From contig JARQWU010000028.1 of assembly GCA_040182905.1 (NCBI GenBank), forward strand, positions 46,982 to 66,981: DNA of 20,000 nt, read 5' to 3'. This DNA is from Barthelona sp. PAP020. Taxonomy: Eukaryota. The notes beneath the pieces are model-generated. The model did not search any database, had not been told where the DNA came from, and saw nothing but the letters and a program-made list of their open reading frames with translations. Numbering within the stretch: position 1 is the first letter of the stretch; every line of letters starts with the position of its first letter. Positions 18,907-20,000 of the stretch are shown here, piece after piece. Made by a program: the position numbers and the translations under genes.

Positions 18907-18912
18907 TGTAAA
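18907..18912 (+). promoter_or_regulatory. TGTAAA candidate 3'-end/poly(A) signal (WD40 gene)
   Basis: 8 nt after the stop, followed by a T-rich tract. Confidence 0.5.
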
Positions 18913-19044
18913 CTAATTCAATTTTGTATTTATTGTTATTAGGATCGAGCTTTAGGCGCAGCCTCAGAGAGATACATTTGTTGTCATCAATACTGTAGAA
19001 GAATCGCTGATTTGAATTTCATGAAAAGACAATTGTTTTCTTAA

Positions 19045-19464
19045 CTAGCAAAATTACCAATAATCTCTTTCCAAAATCGAAGTAAACACAAAGACAAGAA
19101 CATATTCGATTCGTATGTGGTTGTTTTGTAGATTTAACGATATAAAAAAGATAGAAGATGATGCTAGCCAATCAAACAAGATTTTGACTCCCACAAAAAA
19201 AGATCAAAGAGCGAAGGCTACAATGGGAAGAAAGCAGTTAGTAGACTTTTGTCGAGACATGATAGAAAACAGTAAAGAAGATGAAGCAATGATTAATGAC
19301 ATGTTGGATGCAGCAGCTCAAGAAGAAGAAAATTAATTCTGGATAAGAGTATTCTGAACAATTCATACAAAACTATTCAGTTGCAAGTTCCTCAAACTGT
19401 AGCCGAGAATAAAATTCTTTATAAGCATTTATTATTATTATGTATCAAAGAGGGTAATTCATAA
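19045..19464 (+). pseudogene. Possible decayed or frameshifted coding sequence of unknown family
   Basis: A protein-like 73-aa ORF (19115-19336) overlaps an open -1 frame (19300-19461, ..KLILDKSILNNSYKTIQLQVPQTVAENKILYKHLLLLCIKEGNS). No family recognised. Confidence 0.3.
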
Positions 19465-20000
19465 GAAGGCAAAACGGGGAATATCGGGATGCGCTCTTGT
19501 ATGCCAACTAATACTTCACATCATGCTAGCTAAGGTTCTATATTCCTAATCTTCATATACTAAAGGTTTATGACACAAGATTTCAGCAGTCAACTACGAC
19601 TTTGAACAAGTTTGAATTTCAAATTTTGAAAAATTCATCAAAAAATAACATTCATGAACAATACAGAATCACAAGAAGTGGATTCTTTTTTTTTATAAAG
19701 AACAATCTATCCATTTCAATAACACACCGTATTTAAAAGCTTTCGTATACCTTTTCTTGTACCTAACGTGAAATCGGAGCATGAATTGACAAACACAAAC
19801 TAACCAACTTCTCATCCTATAATCTTTGTAAAAGCTTTTATGATCATTTTCTGTTTTAATGGTGTGAATTGTTGTCCCATGAAATTAATTTGACAACAAC
19901 AAAAATTTCACCGAAAGAAGACGCAAAGGAAGAACTAACCAAAATACTCCTGCATATAAAGCTAATAATCCCACAAGAAAGAAAATTTTAAATCTGGAAA

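Noticed and set aside
19885..19998. Hydrophobic minus-strand frame running in from the window edge (SRFKIFFLVGLLALYAGVFWLVLPLRLLSVKFLLLSN*)
   Set aside because: Only 37 codons are visible and T-rich DNA gives hydrophobic translations by default; it needs the adjacent sequence.
1..20000. Stop-codon reassignment (e.g. TAR=Gln)
   Set aside because: TAG, TAA and TGA each end long ORFs. Mpp10 and PepD end at TAA and the dNK at TAG, at plausible family C-termini. No conserved domain is interrupted except by the intron.

Overview
AT-rich, gene-dense, intron-poor eukaryotic DNA, probably from a protist. It uses the standard genetic code: TAA, TAG and TGA all end long ORFs. Nine likely protein genes, in order: WDR7/WDR72-like WD40 protein (-), degenerate cap-type FtsJ/RrmJ 2'-O-methyltransferase (-), orphan HEAT-repeat protein (-), Mpp10 (+), LMBR1-family membrane protein (-) with a 42-nt intron the ORF track missed, bacterial-type PepD dipeptidase (-), deoxynucleoside kinase (-), a small orphan ORF (+), and a kinase-like/tandem-repeat/WD40 protein (+). 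The last ~1.1 kb looks non-coding or decayed. The best signals are a recurrent TGTAAAY motif just downstream of five stop codons (candidate non-canonical poly(A) signal), an intron with Giardia/Trichomonas-like fused branch point and 3' splice site, and an apparently inactive CMTR-like protein. A metamonad-like origin is an inference. I see no rRNA, tRNA, CRISPR array or intact mobile element, and no convincing novel multi-gene system. All family calls come from recalled motifs, not database searches.
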